A DNA stretch of 64,000 nucleotides from Eledone cirrhosa (GCA_964016885.1 OZ024765.1:11594001-11658000), one strand, 5' to 3'; positions 37,895-50,894 are shown, counted from the stretch's first letter. The notes: generated from the sequence alone by a model not told the origin. Numbers and translations are program-made.

Positions 37895-38118
37895 ATAAAG
37901 GAACGATCGACTTTCGTCAAATCGGACCGAGGGAACAATGTTTCCATTGGTCTTTCCAATTGCTAACGTTATCCATTGGTTGCAACTCCAGGTAGAAGGA
38001 GCAACGTGAAATAAAGTGTCTTGCTCAAGGACATAACGCATCGCCCGGTCTAGGAATTGAACTCACAACCTTACGATTGCGAATCCAATTCTCTAACCAC
38101 TCAGCCACACGCCTTCAT
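37895..38118 (-). mobile_element. tRNA-derived SINE (family D)
   Basis: Reverse complement of the 42233-42455 type. Confidence 0.85.
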
Positions 38119-38269
38119 ATGTATATATATATATGTGTATATATGTGTATATACATATGTAAATATATATATGTATATATATATGTATATATGTGTATAT
38201 ACATATGTAAATATATATATGTGTGTGTTTTTGTTATTTAATTACCTAATAAACAACACAATATAATTA

Positions 38270-38340
38270 TTCCATTACCAAAGGTTTCAGGAAACTAGAC
38301 GATCCTTACAGAAACGTCCAGCTCATTCATCAGATGAAAA
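38270..38340 (-). ncRNA. Type I hammerhead ribozyme motif
   Basis: Minus strand: tttcat-CTGATGA-atgagctggacg..cgtctagtttcct-GAAA-cctttgg-TA-atggaa. Stems pair; cleavage triplet GUA. Confidence 0.75.
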
Positions 38341-38809
38341 AGTTACATATAGCTCTGTACTATACATAGAGCACTCTCCTTTCCTTTACCTTTTCTATGG
38401 AAATACTTAACACACACACACACATACACACATATATATATATAATGTTGTATATAAGTGTATATATATATATATATATAAAAAATAAGATTAGAATTTT
38501 CTTTCTCGCCCTAGCACGGATGATACATAAATGTAATTATGCATACACACACACTTACATACAAACACATATATATATATATACACATTCATACACACAT
38601 TATCATACATATATACATAGGTACGCATGGGTTATATCAAACATTAACAATAATATTTGATTTGTTTGTAAACAAACGGCCCGATAAAGCTGCGCCGTGC
38701 CAATGACCAATTGTCATCTGTTTGTCAACACTGGCATTGAGGAATAAATGATATCTAATTTTTTGAAATGCCCAATGCATACATATAGACAGACATATTA
38801 ATAAATATA

Positions 38810-40730
38810 TCTTCTTCGCCCACATATTTTTGAGGGTCGTAGGTCAGAGTCCCGAAACACTCCTACCAGTGGGTCCTGTCAGAAGCAACTGTCTCCAAAT
38901 GATTTGGCTGGATCCCCAAGTGAGACCAACCAAGCTCATGGATGTTATCCAACCATCTTGCTCCATGTCTACCACTGGGTCTCCTGTCGGTTGGTTTTGC
39001 CCCTAAAATCTGTTCAGTGATTCTGCCCTGAGACATTCTAACCACATGTCCATAGTATCAGAGCTGTGATCTCTCAATTCGGAGAAGTAGCAGCTCCATC
39101 TGGAGTGACTCTCTGATCTCTGAGCTACAAATATCTCCAGCAATTCTTTCCTGAGACATTCTAACCACATAGCCGTAGTATGGGAGCTGTGATCTATCAA
39201 TTCAGAGAAGTAGCAGCTCCATCTGGAGTGACTCTCTGATCTCTGAGCTACAAATATCTCCAGCAATTCTTTCCTGAGACATTCTAACCACATAGCCGTA
39301 GTATGGGAGCTGTGATCTATCAATTCAGAGAAGTAGCAGCTCCATCTGGAGTGACTCTCTGATCTCTGAGCTACAAATATCACCAGCAATTCTTTCCTGA
39401 GACATTCTAACCACATGTCCATAGTATCAGAGCTGTGATCTCTCAATTCAGAGAAGTAGCAGCTCTACCTGGAGTGACTCTCTGATCTCCAAGCTACAAA
39501 TATCTCCAGCAATTCTTTCCTGAGACATTCTAACCACATGTCATAGTATCGGAGCTGTGATCTATCAACTCAGAGAAGTAGCAGCTCTACCTGGAGTGAC
39601 TCTCTCATCTCCAAGCTACAAATATCTCCAGCAATTCTTTCCTGAGACATTCTAAACACATGCCCATAGTATGGGAGCTGTGATCTCTCAATTTGGAGGA
39701 GTAGTAGCTCTACCTGGAGTGACTCTCTGATCTCCAAGCTACAAATATCTCCAGCAATTCTTTCCCGAGACATTCTAACCACATGTCCATAGTATGGGAG
39801 CTGTGATCTCTCAATTCAGAGAAGTAGCAGCTCTAACTGGAGTGACTCTCTGATCTCTGAGCTACAAATATCTCCAGCAATTCTTTCCTGAGACATTCTA
39901 ACCACATGTCCATAGTATCAGAGCTGTGATCTATCAATTCAGAGAAGTAACAGCTCTACCTGGAGTGACTCTCTCATCTCTGAGCTACAAATATCTCCAG
40001 CAATTCTTTCCTGAGACATTCTAACCACATGTCCATAGTATCGGAGCTGTGATCTCTCAATTCAGAGAAGTAGCAGCTCTACCTGGAGTGACTCTCTGAT
40101 CTCTGAGCTACAAATATCTCCAGCAATTCTTTCCTGAGACATCCTAACCACATAGCCATAGTATGGGAGCTGTGATCTCTCAATTCAGAGAAGTAACAGC
40201 TCTACCTGGAGTGACTCTCTCATCTCTGAGCTACAAATATCTCCAGCAATTCTTTCCTGAGACATTCTAACCACATGTCCATAGTATCAGAGCTGTGATC
40301 TCTCAATTCAGAGAAGTAGCAGCTCTACCTGGAGTGACTCTCTGATCTCTGAGCTACAAATATCTCCAGCAATTCTTTCCTGAGACATCCTAACCACATA
40401 GCCATAGTATGGGAGCTGTGATCTCTCAATTCAGAGAAGTAACAGCTCTACCTGGAGTGACTCTCTCATCTCTGAGCTACAAATATCTCCAGCAATTCTT
40501 TCCTGAGACATTCTAACCACATGCCCATAGTATCAGAGCTGTGATCTCTCAATTCAGAGAAGTAGCAGCTCTACCTGGGGTGACTCTCTGATCTCTGAGC
40601 TACACACTTTATCAAGGAACGTTACTCCAAAGACCCTTCAGAGGAATACCATTTGGGTCCGCTTGTATTCGCAATCGTATTCTTTCGGTCATAACCCAAG
40701 ATTCATGACAATAGGCAAGGGTTGGCACAA
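38810..40730 (-). mobile_element. RTE-derived element with a 120-bp satellite array (about 13 units, 39010-40605)
   Basis: Same architecture and same unit junction as 21700-23880. Confidence 0.85.
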
Positions 40731-40875
40731 ATTCATTTATACATACATATATTCATGAGAATGTTTAGAAGCTTCACTGAATTATTTTGGTAATAGAAAA
40801 CTAGTTTAAATAATATGACATATATTGAATATACTTGAATATAAGCCAACTCAAATATAAGTCGAACCCTATTTT

Positions 40876-41920
40876 ATGGCGGTAATGGTGGTAGTGGTGG
40901 TGGTAGCGGTGGTGCTAGTGGTGGTGGTAGTGGAGGTAGCGGTGGAGGTAGCAGTGGTGCTGGTGGTAGTGGTGGTAGTGGTGGTGGTAGTGGTGGTAGT
41001 GGTGGTGCTAGTGGTGGTAGCGGTGGTGCTAGTGGTGGTGGTAATGGTGGTAGTGGAGGTAGCGGTGGAGGTAGCAGTGGTGCTGGTGGTAGTGGTGGTA
41101 GTGGTGGTGGTAGTGGTGGTAGTGGTGGTGCTAGTGGTGGTAGCGGTGGTGCTAGTGGTGGTGGTAATGGTGGTAGTGGAGGTAGCGGTGGAGGTAGCAG
41201 TGGTGCTGGTGGTAGTGGTGGTAGTGGTGGTGGTAGTGGTGGTAGTGGTGGTGCTAGTGGTGGTAGCGGTGGTGCTAGTGGTGGTGGTAATGGTGGTAGT
41301 GGAGGTAGCGGTGGAGGTAGCAGTGGTGCTGGTGGTAGTGGTGGTAGTGGTGGTGGTAGTGGTGGTAGTGGTGGTGCTAGTGGTGGTAGCGGTGGTGCTA
41401 GTGGTGGTGGTAATGGTGGTAGTGGAGGTAGCGGTGGAGGTAGCAGTGGTGCTGGTGGTAGTGGTGGTAGTGGTGGTGGTAGTGGTGGTAGTGGTGGTGC
41501 TAGCGGTGGTGCTAGTGGTGGTGGTAATGGTGGTAGTGGAGGTAGCGGTGGAGGTAGCAGTGGTGCTGGTGGTAGTGGTGGTAGTGGTGGTGGTAGTGGT
41601 GGTAGTGGTGGTGCTAGTGGTGGTAGCGGTGGTGCTAGTGGTGGTGGTAATGGTGGTAGTGGAGGTAGCGGTGGAGGTAGCAGTGGAGCTGGTGGTAGTG
41701 GTGGTGGTAGTGGTAGTGGTTAATGGTGGTAGTAGAGGTAGCTGTGGAGGTAGCAGTGGTGCTGGTGGTAGTGGTGCTAGTGGTGGTAGCGGTGGTGCTA
41801 GTGGTGGTGGTAACAGTGGTGCTAGTGGTGGTGGTAATGGTGGTAGTGGAGGTAGCGGTGGAGGTAGCAGTGGTGCTGGTGGTAGTGGTGGTAGCGGTGG
41901 TGCTGGTGATGGTAGTGGTG
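40876..41920. repeat. (GGT/AGT) triplet repeat with 120-bp higher-order period
   Basis: 'gtaatggtggtagtggaggtagcggtggaggtagcagtggtgctgg' recurs every 120 bp. Confidence 0.9.
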
Positions 41921-42232
41921 GCAAAAAAAAAAATGGGCAAAAATCCAAACCCCGTTTATAAGCCGAGGCAACGAATCAACACTTGTTTAGATGGTGCTGG
42001 TTTTGACATCCTCATCAGTATAAAATATATTTGTGTAATTTTAATATTTTGGATGTTTAAAATATTTTAAGTGTTGTTTAGAGTATAGTTATTGTTTCAC
42101 AACACCATTATATAATGTATTTCCATTACGTTAAGTTTCAACAAGTTTCTCAAATTCTTGTTTACTTCCGGCTACTCGAAAAGGAAAAGATTGAATAAGA
42201 GAACTATAAATAAGGATTCATATAGTAATAGA

Positions 42233-42455
42233 GTGAAAGCATGTGGCTGAGTGGTTAGAGAATTGGATTCACAATCGTGAGGTTGTGAGTTCGATTCCTG
42301 GACTGGGCGATCCATTATGTCCTTGAGCAAGACACTTTATTTCACGTCGCTCCTTCTACCTGGAGTTGCAACCAATGGATAATGTTAGCAATTGGAAAGA
42401 CCAATGGAAACATTGTTTCCTCGGTCCAATTTGATGAAAGTCAATTGTTCCTTTT
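42233..42455 (+). mobile_element. tRNA-derived SINE (family D)
   Basis: TGGCTGAGTGG A box, GAGTTCGATTCC B box, shared body. Confidence 0.85.
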
Positions 42456-42494
42456 ATAGTAGTAGAAGAAGGGGGGAGAGACAGCAAGTGTACG

Positions 42495-43035
42495 GCCGTG
42501 TGATGTGTATGAAGGACTACAGCTGTATAAAAAAGTGCTGTGATCAAAATTGATGGAAGCTACGGAGTGGGTGGACCAAGAAAAACCTGGGACGAGGTGA
42601 TAAAAACTGACCCTGCTCACTAAGACAATGTCTCTAAGACGATGTCACTGGATCGAGATCTTCGGCATTATGCAGTTGTACACAAGACCCCCCCCCCCCC
42701 TTCCCTTCCATACAAACTTAAACCTACAGTCAGTAGGCATCTTTTAACACAATATACACCCCACACACCCTACTCCATCCTCCCACTTCCACCCACTGTA
42801 AAGTGGTCGTGTAGGTGACACAACAAAAAGCACCCAGTTCACACTGTAAAGTGGTTGTGTAGGAGACATGGTAAAAAAGCTTCCAATCCACACGGTAAAT
42901 GTGGTTGGTGTTAGGAAGATTATCCAGGGACAGTTCTGTACGAGTGAGACATGGTCTCCCGACCAATCTCACCTCAAGTGGAACAAAAACCGTCCAACCT
43001 ATGCTAGCGTGGAACATGGACGTTGAATGGTGATA
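42495..43035 (+). mobile_element. RTE 3' fragment with UTR and tail
   Basis: YGRV*CMKDYSCIKKC..GRPRKTWDEVIK-like coding remnant, then the UTR module and 'ggacgttgaatggtgat'. Confidence 0.75.
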
Positions 43036-43093
<58 letters not shown>

Positions 43094-43341
43094 AACCAAT
43101 CAATAAAAGTAATCAAAGCTTAACAAATCATCCTTGTATTATTGTGTGTGTATATATATATATATATGTGCGTGTATGTAAAAGGTAAACAGAAATAACA
43201 ACACAATCGGTACAGCATATGGAATGAATATATTAGGTTAACAGCTTGAAATATATATATATATTCATTTGCTGGGGCAGTTTTGTATGGCGCCAGTTTG
43301 TAATTTGAACTCGGGAATTTTATATTCTCTGAGAGAGAAAA

Positions 43342-43422
43342 GCCTTCTGACGAGGATCTCTTTCTCAATGGAAATCCGCTTGGATTATCTATTTGTTTGG
43401 GATCTGAAACCGCAGTAAAGGC
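43342..43422 (+). ncRNA. Type I hammerhead ribozyme motif
   Basis: gcctt-CTGACGA-ggatctc..gggatct-GAAA-ccgcag-TA-aaggc. Perfect 5-bp stem I and extended stem II. Confidence 0.8.
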
Positions 43423-43563
43423 ACATATAGTAAGTACAGTGAATTTTTTGAAATTTATTAAAAAAATTTTTTATTTATTTGCTTTCCCTTGATTTTATAT
43501 ATTTATATATATATATATACAATATATTAACAAATGGAAACTATATTTATAAAACCATATTTA

Positions 43564-43625
43564 TTTCATTATACATATTTCAAGGGCCACCAAGGCAAAC
43601 TATGGTGCGCTTTCATCAGATAAAA
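43564..43625 (-). ncRNA. Type I hammerhead ribozyme motif
   Basis: Minus strand: ttttat-CTGATGA-aagcgcacca..tggtggccctt-GAAA-tatgta-TA-atgaaa. Confidence 0.7.
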
Positions 43626-43842
43626 TCTAATTACTGTGGAGTACTTCTAATCTATTGTGAAACTTCATTCATTGAACCTTGTTTAACCTTTAATTATATA
43701 TATATATATATGTAGAGGTTATATTTAATTTGTTGGGATACAACAAGCAAAATATTTTTATAACTGATATAAAGCACTCGACAAATGTACATAATAAAAT
43801 ATACATGATCACATGAATGTCTATATTTGTTAATATTTTGAA

Positions 43843-43899
<57 letters not shown>

Positions 43900-43914
43900 C
43901 CAAATTAAAATTAA

Positions 43915-44226
43915 AATTTTGTATTTCTCAATAAGCAAGTTCAATAGACTTTATCTAGAGACATAATAACCAAATTAAAAGAGATATGTTTATAGAGAGA
44001 GAGAAAGAGCCATATATCGTAAAAGAAACACAGTATATTGTATATATACCAAATACATATTCTATAGAATATTCTATAGAATATGTATTTGGTATATATA
44101 CAATATACTGTGTTTCTTTTACGATATATTGCTCTTTCTCTCTCTCTATAAACATAACTCTTTTAATTTGGTTATTATGTCTCTAGATAAAGTCTATTGA
44201 ACTTGCTTATTGAGAAATACAAAATT
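43915..44226. repeat. 312-bp spacerless near-perfect palindrome
   Basis: Centre gaat|attc at 44070/44071. The mirrored ORFs 43955-44155(-) and 43986-44186(+) differ at only a few residues. Confidence 0.95.
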
Positions 44227-44302
44227 CTAAACATATTTGATATGTTTTCATTCATCACTTTTATAATATATATATATATGTGTGTGTGTGTGTGTATATA
44301 TG

Positions 44303-44333
<31 letters not shown>

Positions 44334-44424
44334 CTTTGAGACTGGAAAAAGACATTCCCAAGTTGAGATGGCAGAACCATGTAAATATTTGTGTGGGTGT
44401 CACTATCCATCTATATATACACAC

Positions 44425-44473
<49 letters not shown>

Positions 44474-44590
44474 TGTGTATGTGCAATTATCTATGTACAT
44501 ACGTATGTATATATATCATTATCATAACCGTTTAACATCCATTTTCCATGCTAGCATATAAGAATATATATATATATATACTCTTATATG

Positions 44591-44657
<67 letters not shown>

Positions 44658-45063
44658 GCTGTTACAGATAGCAGAAGAAAGGAAAATAAAATAAAATTTA
44701 AAAAAAAAAAGAATAAAAGATGGAACGACACCAACAACAACAAAACAACAACAGAAAGACCCCAAACTGAACAAAGAAACAACAACAACGACAACAACGA
44801 CAACAAGAGAAGAAATTGTTTCCAAAATAGAGATTAAAGCCACCTCCTAACCATTCTGGTATGTTGCCAACCTACATCCATGTTGTCTTGCGATGGTGGT
44901 GGTGTTGGTGGTGTTAATGGTGTTGGTGGTGGTGTTGGTGGTGGTGTTAATGGGGTGGGGTAGGGGAGGATGAAAGGCCCTGTGTCAGTGTTGGTGGTTG
45001 TGGTTGTGGTCATAAAGGCTTTGGCAAAGCTGCCATTGAAGGATGATGATGAAGCTGATGATG

Positions 45064-45097
<34 letters not shown>

Positions 45098-45149
45098 TAT
45101 ATATATGCATATATATATATATATATATATATATACGTACATATATATT

Positions 45150-45210
<61 letters not shown>

Positions 45211-45256
45211 GTACATATATATATATATATATATATGCATATATATATATATGTAC

Positions 45257-45298
<42 letters not shown>

Positions 45299-45312
45299 AA
45301 ATATATATGTAC

Positions 45313-45349
<37 letters not shown>

Positions 45350-45945
45350 TATATATATGCATATATATATGCATATATATATATATATACGTACATATAT
45401 ATTTGCATATATATATATATGTATATATATATACGTACATATATATATATATATATATATGCATATATATATGCATATATATATCTATATATATATATAT
45501 ATATACATAAATATATATATATAATTATAGGTATATCTATATATTATGTATCATGTATATTTAATATATACGTATATCTATATATATACATACATATATA
45601 TGTATATATGTATATATATACACAGATACGTATATATATATATTATATACATAGCAAGGTGATGATAGTGTAAGCAGGGGAGGACAAGATGGTGTAAGTA
45701 GCATTATTGTTATATTGGTGATGGTGGACATTGGCAAGGTATAGGGTCAGTGTGTGGGGTGGTGAGGGGCAGGATACCCCCACCCCCTGGGGTGCGGTGG
45801 CGAGGGGCAGGAAGGGGTGTACAGCAGAGATTCATGGGACACACATTATCTGTTTATCTTCAGTAAACATTCAACCATTGCTGTAGTGTCCCTGGTATTT
45901 CACCACTGATTGATAGAATTTCATAGCTGAACGCCACTCCCAGCC

Positions 45946-46020
<75 letters not shown>

Positions 46021-46027
46021 TATATAC

Positions 46028-46060
<33 letters not shown>

Positions 46061-46384
46061 CAAATAAACAAACATATATATATATAAGGGTTAAAATACT
46101 GGAGCGTGTTGGAGTTAAACACCCTCTTCGTATTATAGAAATGACAGTATATATATATATATATGACAGTATATATATATATATTCACACACGTATATAT
46201 ATTCACAAGCACATATATATATCTATATTTATCTATCTCTCTCTCTCTATATATATATATATAAATATATATGCGGGTAAATATAAATATATATATATAT
46301 AAATATATATGTGGGTAAATATATATATATATATAAATATATATGCGGGTAAATATATATATATATATATATAAATATATATGC

Positions 46385-46415
<31 letters not shown>

Positions 46416-46731
46416 AATATATATGCGGGTAAATATATATATATATATATAAATATATCTGCGGGTACATATATATATATATAACTATATATGCGGGTAA
46501 ATTTTTCTTTCATATTTTGTTTGACCCTCGTTTTTTGGCTTAGGTGGTTGATAGCTCCTTAACCACCGTCTCAGTTTCTATGGCCTTTATAACATATGTT
46601 TACTGCTCTGGTCTCTTTTGAGAAATTGAGTTTTGCTTATTTCTACCCGCCGAAACACGATTCTCGCTGAATTTATATTTATATAAAAATATATATATTC
46701 AAAAGGACATATCTATCTATCTATCTATCTA

Positions 46732-47203
46732 TTAAGAGAGGCGGTTTTCCTCTGTACGGTGGCTATGGTGAAAGAAGTTATATGGTGGACGAGGTTGAGA
46801 GGACTGAGGACAGATGCCTTTCTCTCCGGACAACAATTGATTCCCTTCTTTAAGTATCACTTTAGAAGGAGAATCAGGGTGGAGAGAGAGGCACTGCACC
46901 CCAGTAAATTTACTGAAAGGTGGGTGAATGAAGCGAAAATGGCCCGAGTGATTGGGCCTTCTCTGTTTATAAGCCTGTAGGTTGAGGAAGAGAGCAAAAG
47001 GAAGAAAGGAGCACTTGCACAACACGCTCCTCGAGTTGAGGGTTGTTCTATCGATGGGGTATTGAACAACCCATTTGTGGCGCCTCCCCCCCGATTGTTG
47101 AAATTGTTTGTTTTTATATTTTTTACACGACTGTATGTAAAATCCCCGGCATGTCTTTGTATTGTCCCCTTTCTTGTTGCGCCCTTGTGGCTAATAAAGA
47201 AAT
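46732..47203 (+). mobile_element. Tx1/L1-like LINE 3' fragment inserted in (TCTA)n
   Basis: AMVKEVIWWTR...FFKYHFRRRIRVERE..FTERWV..* resembles a Tx1 ORF2 C-terminus. The UTR ends in AATAAAGAA; (ATCT)n on both sides. Confidence 0.65.
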
Positions 47204-47227
47204 CTATCTATCTATTGATCTATCTAT

Positions 47228-47520
47228 AGCATGGATGAGTTGAAAGAGAAACTGTGTATAAAAGGGATAAGTTGTGGTGTGCAGGAGAGAAGACTGAAAT
47301 AGTATGGACATGTGATGAGCATGGAGGATGGCTGCTGGGTAAAGAAGTGCCAAGAAATCCCAGTAGAAGGGAGACACAGTAGAGGAAGACCACAGATCGC
47401 TGAAGGTCATGGAGGAGATGATGAAGGACCTTGACAAGTGGAGACATGCTGTGCTGAATAGGACCCGTCCCACCCTTGCAAGCTGGGAAAAGCGGACGTA
47501 AAATCATGTTGATGATGATA
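47228..47520 (+). mobile_element. RTE 3' fragment with (GAT)n tail
   Basis: Decayed ERRLK*YGHVMSMEDGCWVKKC..RGRP; 'ggacgtaaaatcatgttgatgatga'. An inverted homolog lies at 51640-51935. Confidence 0.75.
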
Positions 47521-47536
47521 TATATATATATATATA

Positions 47537-47730
47537 GTTTTAATATAGATGAGATTCTACAGGACTAGAACTGTTTCATTCTTTAGAAATCATCAGGAAT
47601 CTCTGATGATTTCTAAAGAATGAAACAGTTCTAGTCCTGCAGAATCTCATCTATATTAAAACTGTTATACTCTGCAATGTATTGAGTACCTTACTTACTG
47701 TGGTTACCTCCGACTCAACCCAGAATAACG
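47537..47730 (+). mobile_element. Fold-back Penelope-like terminus with hammerhead-like core on both arms
   Basis: Arms 47537-47596 and 47603-47662 (1 mismatch). Each reads CTGATGA-tttctaaagaat-GAAAC..GTC; flanked by (TA)n. Confidence 0.7.
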
Positions 47731-47809
47731 TATATATATATATATATGTTGATTTAAAACTGCACTATCAACAAGTGTTTTTTTTTTAGCCTCATATCAT
47801 GTTCTCCTG

Positions 47810-47876
47810 TTTTATCTGATGAAAACACAAATATTATTGCTTGATGATGTTTGTTCTTGAAATGCGCATAATAAAA
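47810..47876 (+). ncRNA. Type I hammerhead ribozyme motif
   Basis: ttttat-CTGATGA-aaacacaaatattat..atgatgtttgttctt-GAAA-tgcgca-TA-ataaaa. Palindromic stem III ATGCGCAT. Confidence 0.8.
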
Positions 47877-47909
47877 TATATGGAACTCCTTTAACCATCT
47901 TTTGATCTC

Positions 47910-47949
<40 letters not shown>

Positions 47950-47951
<2 letters not shown>

Positions 47952-48253
47952 AGGCAACACGGTAAAAACCTCCCAGCCCCACACTGTAAATGTGGTTGGT
48001 GCTAGGAAGGGCATCCAGCTGTAGAAAACCTGCCAGACAGTCCACGCTGTAATGTGGCCGTGTAGGCAACACGGTAAAAACCTCCCAGCCCCACACTGTA
48101 AATGTGGTTGGTGTTAGGAAGGGCATCCAACTGTAGAAAACCCGCCAGACAGTCCTATGCGAGCAAGACAACCACTCTTGCCTCAAGTGGGAAAACTCCC
48201 GTCCAAACCCATGCAAGTGTGGAACATGGACGTTAAACGATGATGATGATGAT
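47950..48253 (+). mobile_element. SINE/RTE 3' region with (GAT)n tail
   Basis: Near-identical to 11620-11925. Confidence 0.85.
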
Positions 48254-48642
48254 ATATATATATATATATTCCTCCACACACACATATATATATATATATA
48301 TTCATGATTCTCTTCTCTAGGCCTGAATACAGCAGATTTCTTCCAGAGAAGAATAGAAGATGAGAGTGATGAAGTAAGAAAGAGATATAGAGGAATAATT
48401 GACTCCAGTATGTGACTGGTACTTTTTTTATCAACATCAAATGGAGGAGAGTAAAGTTTGACTTTAGCAAACTACAGAGATAGCGAAGAAGTGAGAAAGT
48501 GATATAGAGGAAGAATTAACTCCAGTATTACACTGGTACCTATTTATTAAGTTCGAAAGGCGAAGTTGACCACAGTGGGATTTGAACTCAGGGTGCATAT
48601 ATACACAAACATATGCACACATATATATGTATGTGTATATAC

Positions 48643-48885
48643 AAACTACCTGCATCAGTTGTTAGTTGTCGAGACACTGCATCCTTTTAAAACTTCCATG
48701 TTTCCTGAGATTCACCTCCACTACACCTGATAACCCCCCCTCCATACACATGCACACATGTATATCATGACTCATACACTGTTCTCTCTCTTGACATTTG
48801 TACATTATTCTGTACTATACATGCACCTTTCATGAGTTGTAGTGCACCTGAGCACTGTACACAATAATTTCATTATTATTATTAT
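48643..48885 (+). mobile_element. CR1-like 3' fragment
   Basis: 'aaactacctgcatcagttgttag...cacctgagcactgtacacaataatttcattattatt'. Confidence 0.85.
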
Positions 48886-48913
48886 TTTTTTTTTTATTAT
48901 ACAGACAAACAAA

Positions 48914-49237
48914 CATGGCTTAGTGGTTAGAGCATTGGTCTTGCAATCGAAAGGTTGTGAGTTCAATTCTCAGACCAGGTGATGTGTTGTTTCCTTGAGC
49001 AAGACACTTTATTTCACATTGCTCCAGTTTACTCAGCTGTAGAAATGAGATGATAGGGACTGGGGTCCCTATCCTTCCACTGCAAAGTGGATGTGTAGGT
49101 GCCACGGCAAAAAAGCACCCAGCCCACACTGTAAATGGGGTTAGTGTTAGGAAGGGCATCCAGCTGTAGAAATCAGGCCAAAATCAGTTCCCGTCCCACC
49201 AGGGAAAAGCGGACGTAAAAATGATGATGATGATGAT
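48914..49237 (+). mobile_element. tRNA-derived SINE (family A)
   Basis: Matches 1039-1308 plus tail. Confidence 0.9.
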
Positions 49238-49254
49238 ACATATATATATATATA

Positions 49255-49435
49255 ATGAAGGCGGTGTGGTAAGGAACCAGATAGACCATAACGCGCCAGA
49301 GTACTCAATACTTAGGGTAGTAGGAAAATGTTTGACCTTGACGGCAGAGCTCAAGCCGTTTCGACGGCTATTTCTGGTCCAGAAATAGCCGTCGAAACGG
49401 CTTGAGCTCTGCCGTCGTGGTCAAACATTTTCCTA
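49255..49435 (-). mobile_element. Fold-back short element (family B)
   Basis: Arms 49321-49377 and 49379-49435; tail on the left; (TA)n flanks. Confidence 0.8.
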
Positions 49436-49925
49436 TATATATATATCTAAAATTATAAATGTGAGGAAATAATAGACAAGAATATACCTAATTTTATTGA
49501 AAGTCCTGATACATACACATACAGACATATGTCTGCATATATACACAGCCATATACACAAATTTATATGTATGCACAAAGAAACCCAAACCTATCAATCA
49601 ATACTTAAGCTCACCTCCCCCAACACCATATACATAACACTTATCTTTAACTCTCACCTGTCTAATCTTACAGAACAATCCAAGAATCTGAGAATGTTCC
49701 TTATTAATCTTGCAGTGGAAGTGCTGTCCATTCGTGCTGGTTATTATTGCTGCAGCAACAGAATTTCTTGTGAAGTGTGTAAATGTGCATTTTATGCAGT
49801 TGTTGCAACACAAAGTAATCTCTCTTTCTCTGTCTCTCTCTCTCTCTCTCTCTGTATATATATATATATATATATATCGTTTCTGAATTTGTTTAGATAT
49901 GTATATGTATTTACACACACACATG

Positions 49926-49966
<41 letters not shown>

Positions 49967-50117
49967 AAAATACATATACATATCTTTGTCTCTCTCTCTC
50001 ACTTTCTGGTTATATTTATATATATATATGTTATATATATATATATATATGTATATGTATGTATATATATACATATATATATATATGTATGTATATATAT
50101 ACATATATATATATGTA

Positions 50118-50712
50118 TTGGTGCTACTGGTAACATGTATCCCAGTACAACCTGTCCCATGGTCGGGTCGTTGGCGACTAAACTGGCAACCCCACCAAGG
50201 TTTCTTGGTGAGGAGGGTGACTTTGGACATCCTGCAGGACTAAAAACAAAACCTGTCAAAGGGCAAAGGAGCTCTTTAGAGTCAATGGCCATCCAAAATC
50301 ACTGGGAGAGATGACCCCTTAGCCTTTGTCAAGGCAGAATTCTAGGAGAAGGAAAACTCTGATATAACACCTGCAACCCTGATGGTATCCAATGATGTTG
50401 ACTTGTTCTTCTTTTTGGTAAATATTATCTTGGTTAAGAGAGTGGGACTGGCTTTGTGCAGTGCCTTTGCTCACTATAAAAGCTTCACGGCACAGGCATT
50501 GCTTTATATCTGGAGATCTCTGATCTCTCTGCACTTGTCGTCACATGGGCCCAGCACTATGTGTCAATAATTGTCACAGGTGTAGTGTTTGTACCAGAGT
50601 TTTCAAGTCGCTGGCTGGACTAAAAAGTCACACTCGTTCAGCGCATTGGTAGGGGTTCTCCTACATGGATATAAAGTAGTGGCCGTACTCGAAAACGAGT
50701 TGGCAGCCACCA
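50118..50712 (+). mobile_element. Internally deleted RTE-derived non-autonomous element (5' UTR fused to 3' end)
   Basis: RTE-5'UTR-like 'ctaggagaaggaaaactctga'. 50581-50652 encodes [23 protein letters not shown] (C2H2 finger). 3' hairpin 'ctcgaaaacgag'. Confidence 0.65.
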
Positions 50713-50762
50713 TATATATATGTATGTATATATATAATTACACATATATATATGTATATACA

Positions 50763-50795
<33 letters not shown>

Positions 50796-50860
50796 GTATA
50801 TGTGTATATATATATGTATATATATATGTATATATATATGTGTATATATATATGTATATA

Positions 50861-50894
<34 letters not shown>

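Noticed and set aside
42120-42172. Minus-strand stem + GAAAC..GTA-atggaa resembling the 38270 hammerhead
   Set aside because: The CUGANGA box is unrecognisable; at most a heavily decayed copy.
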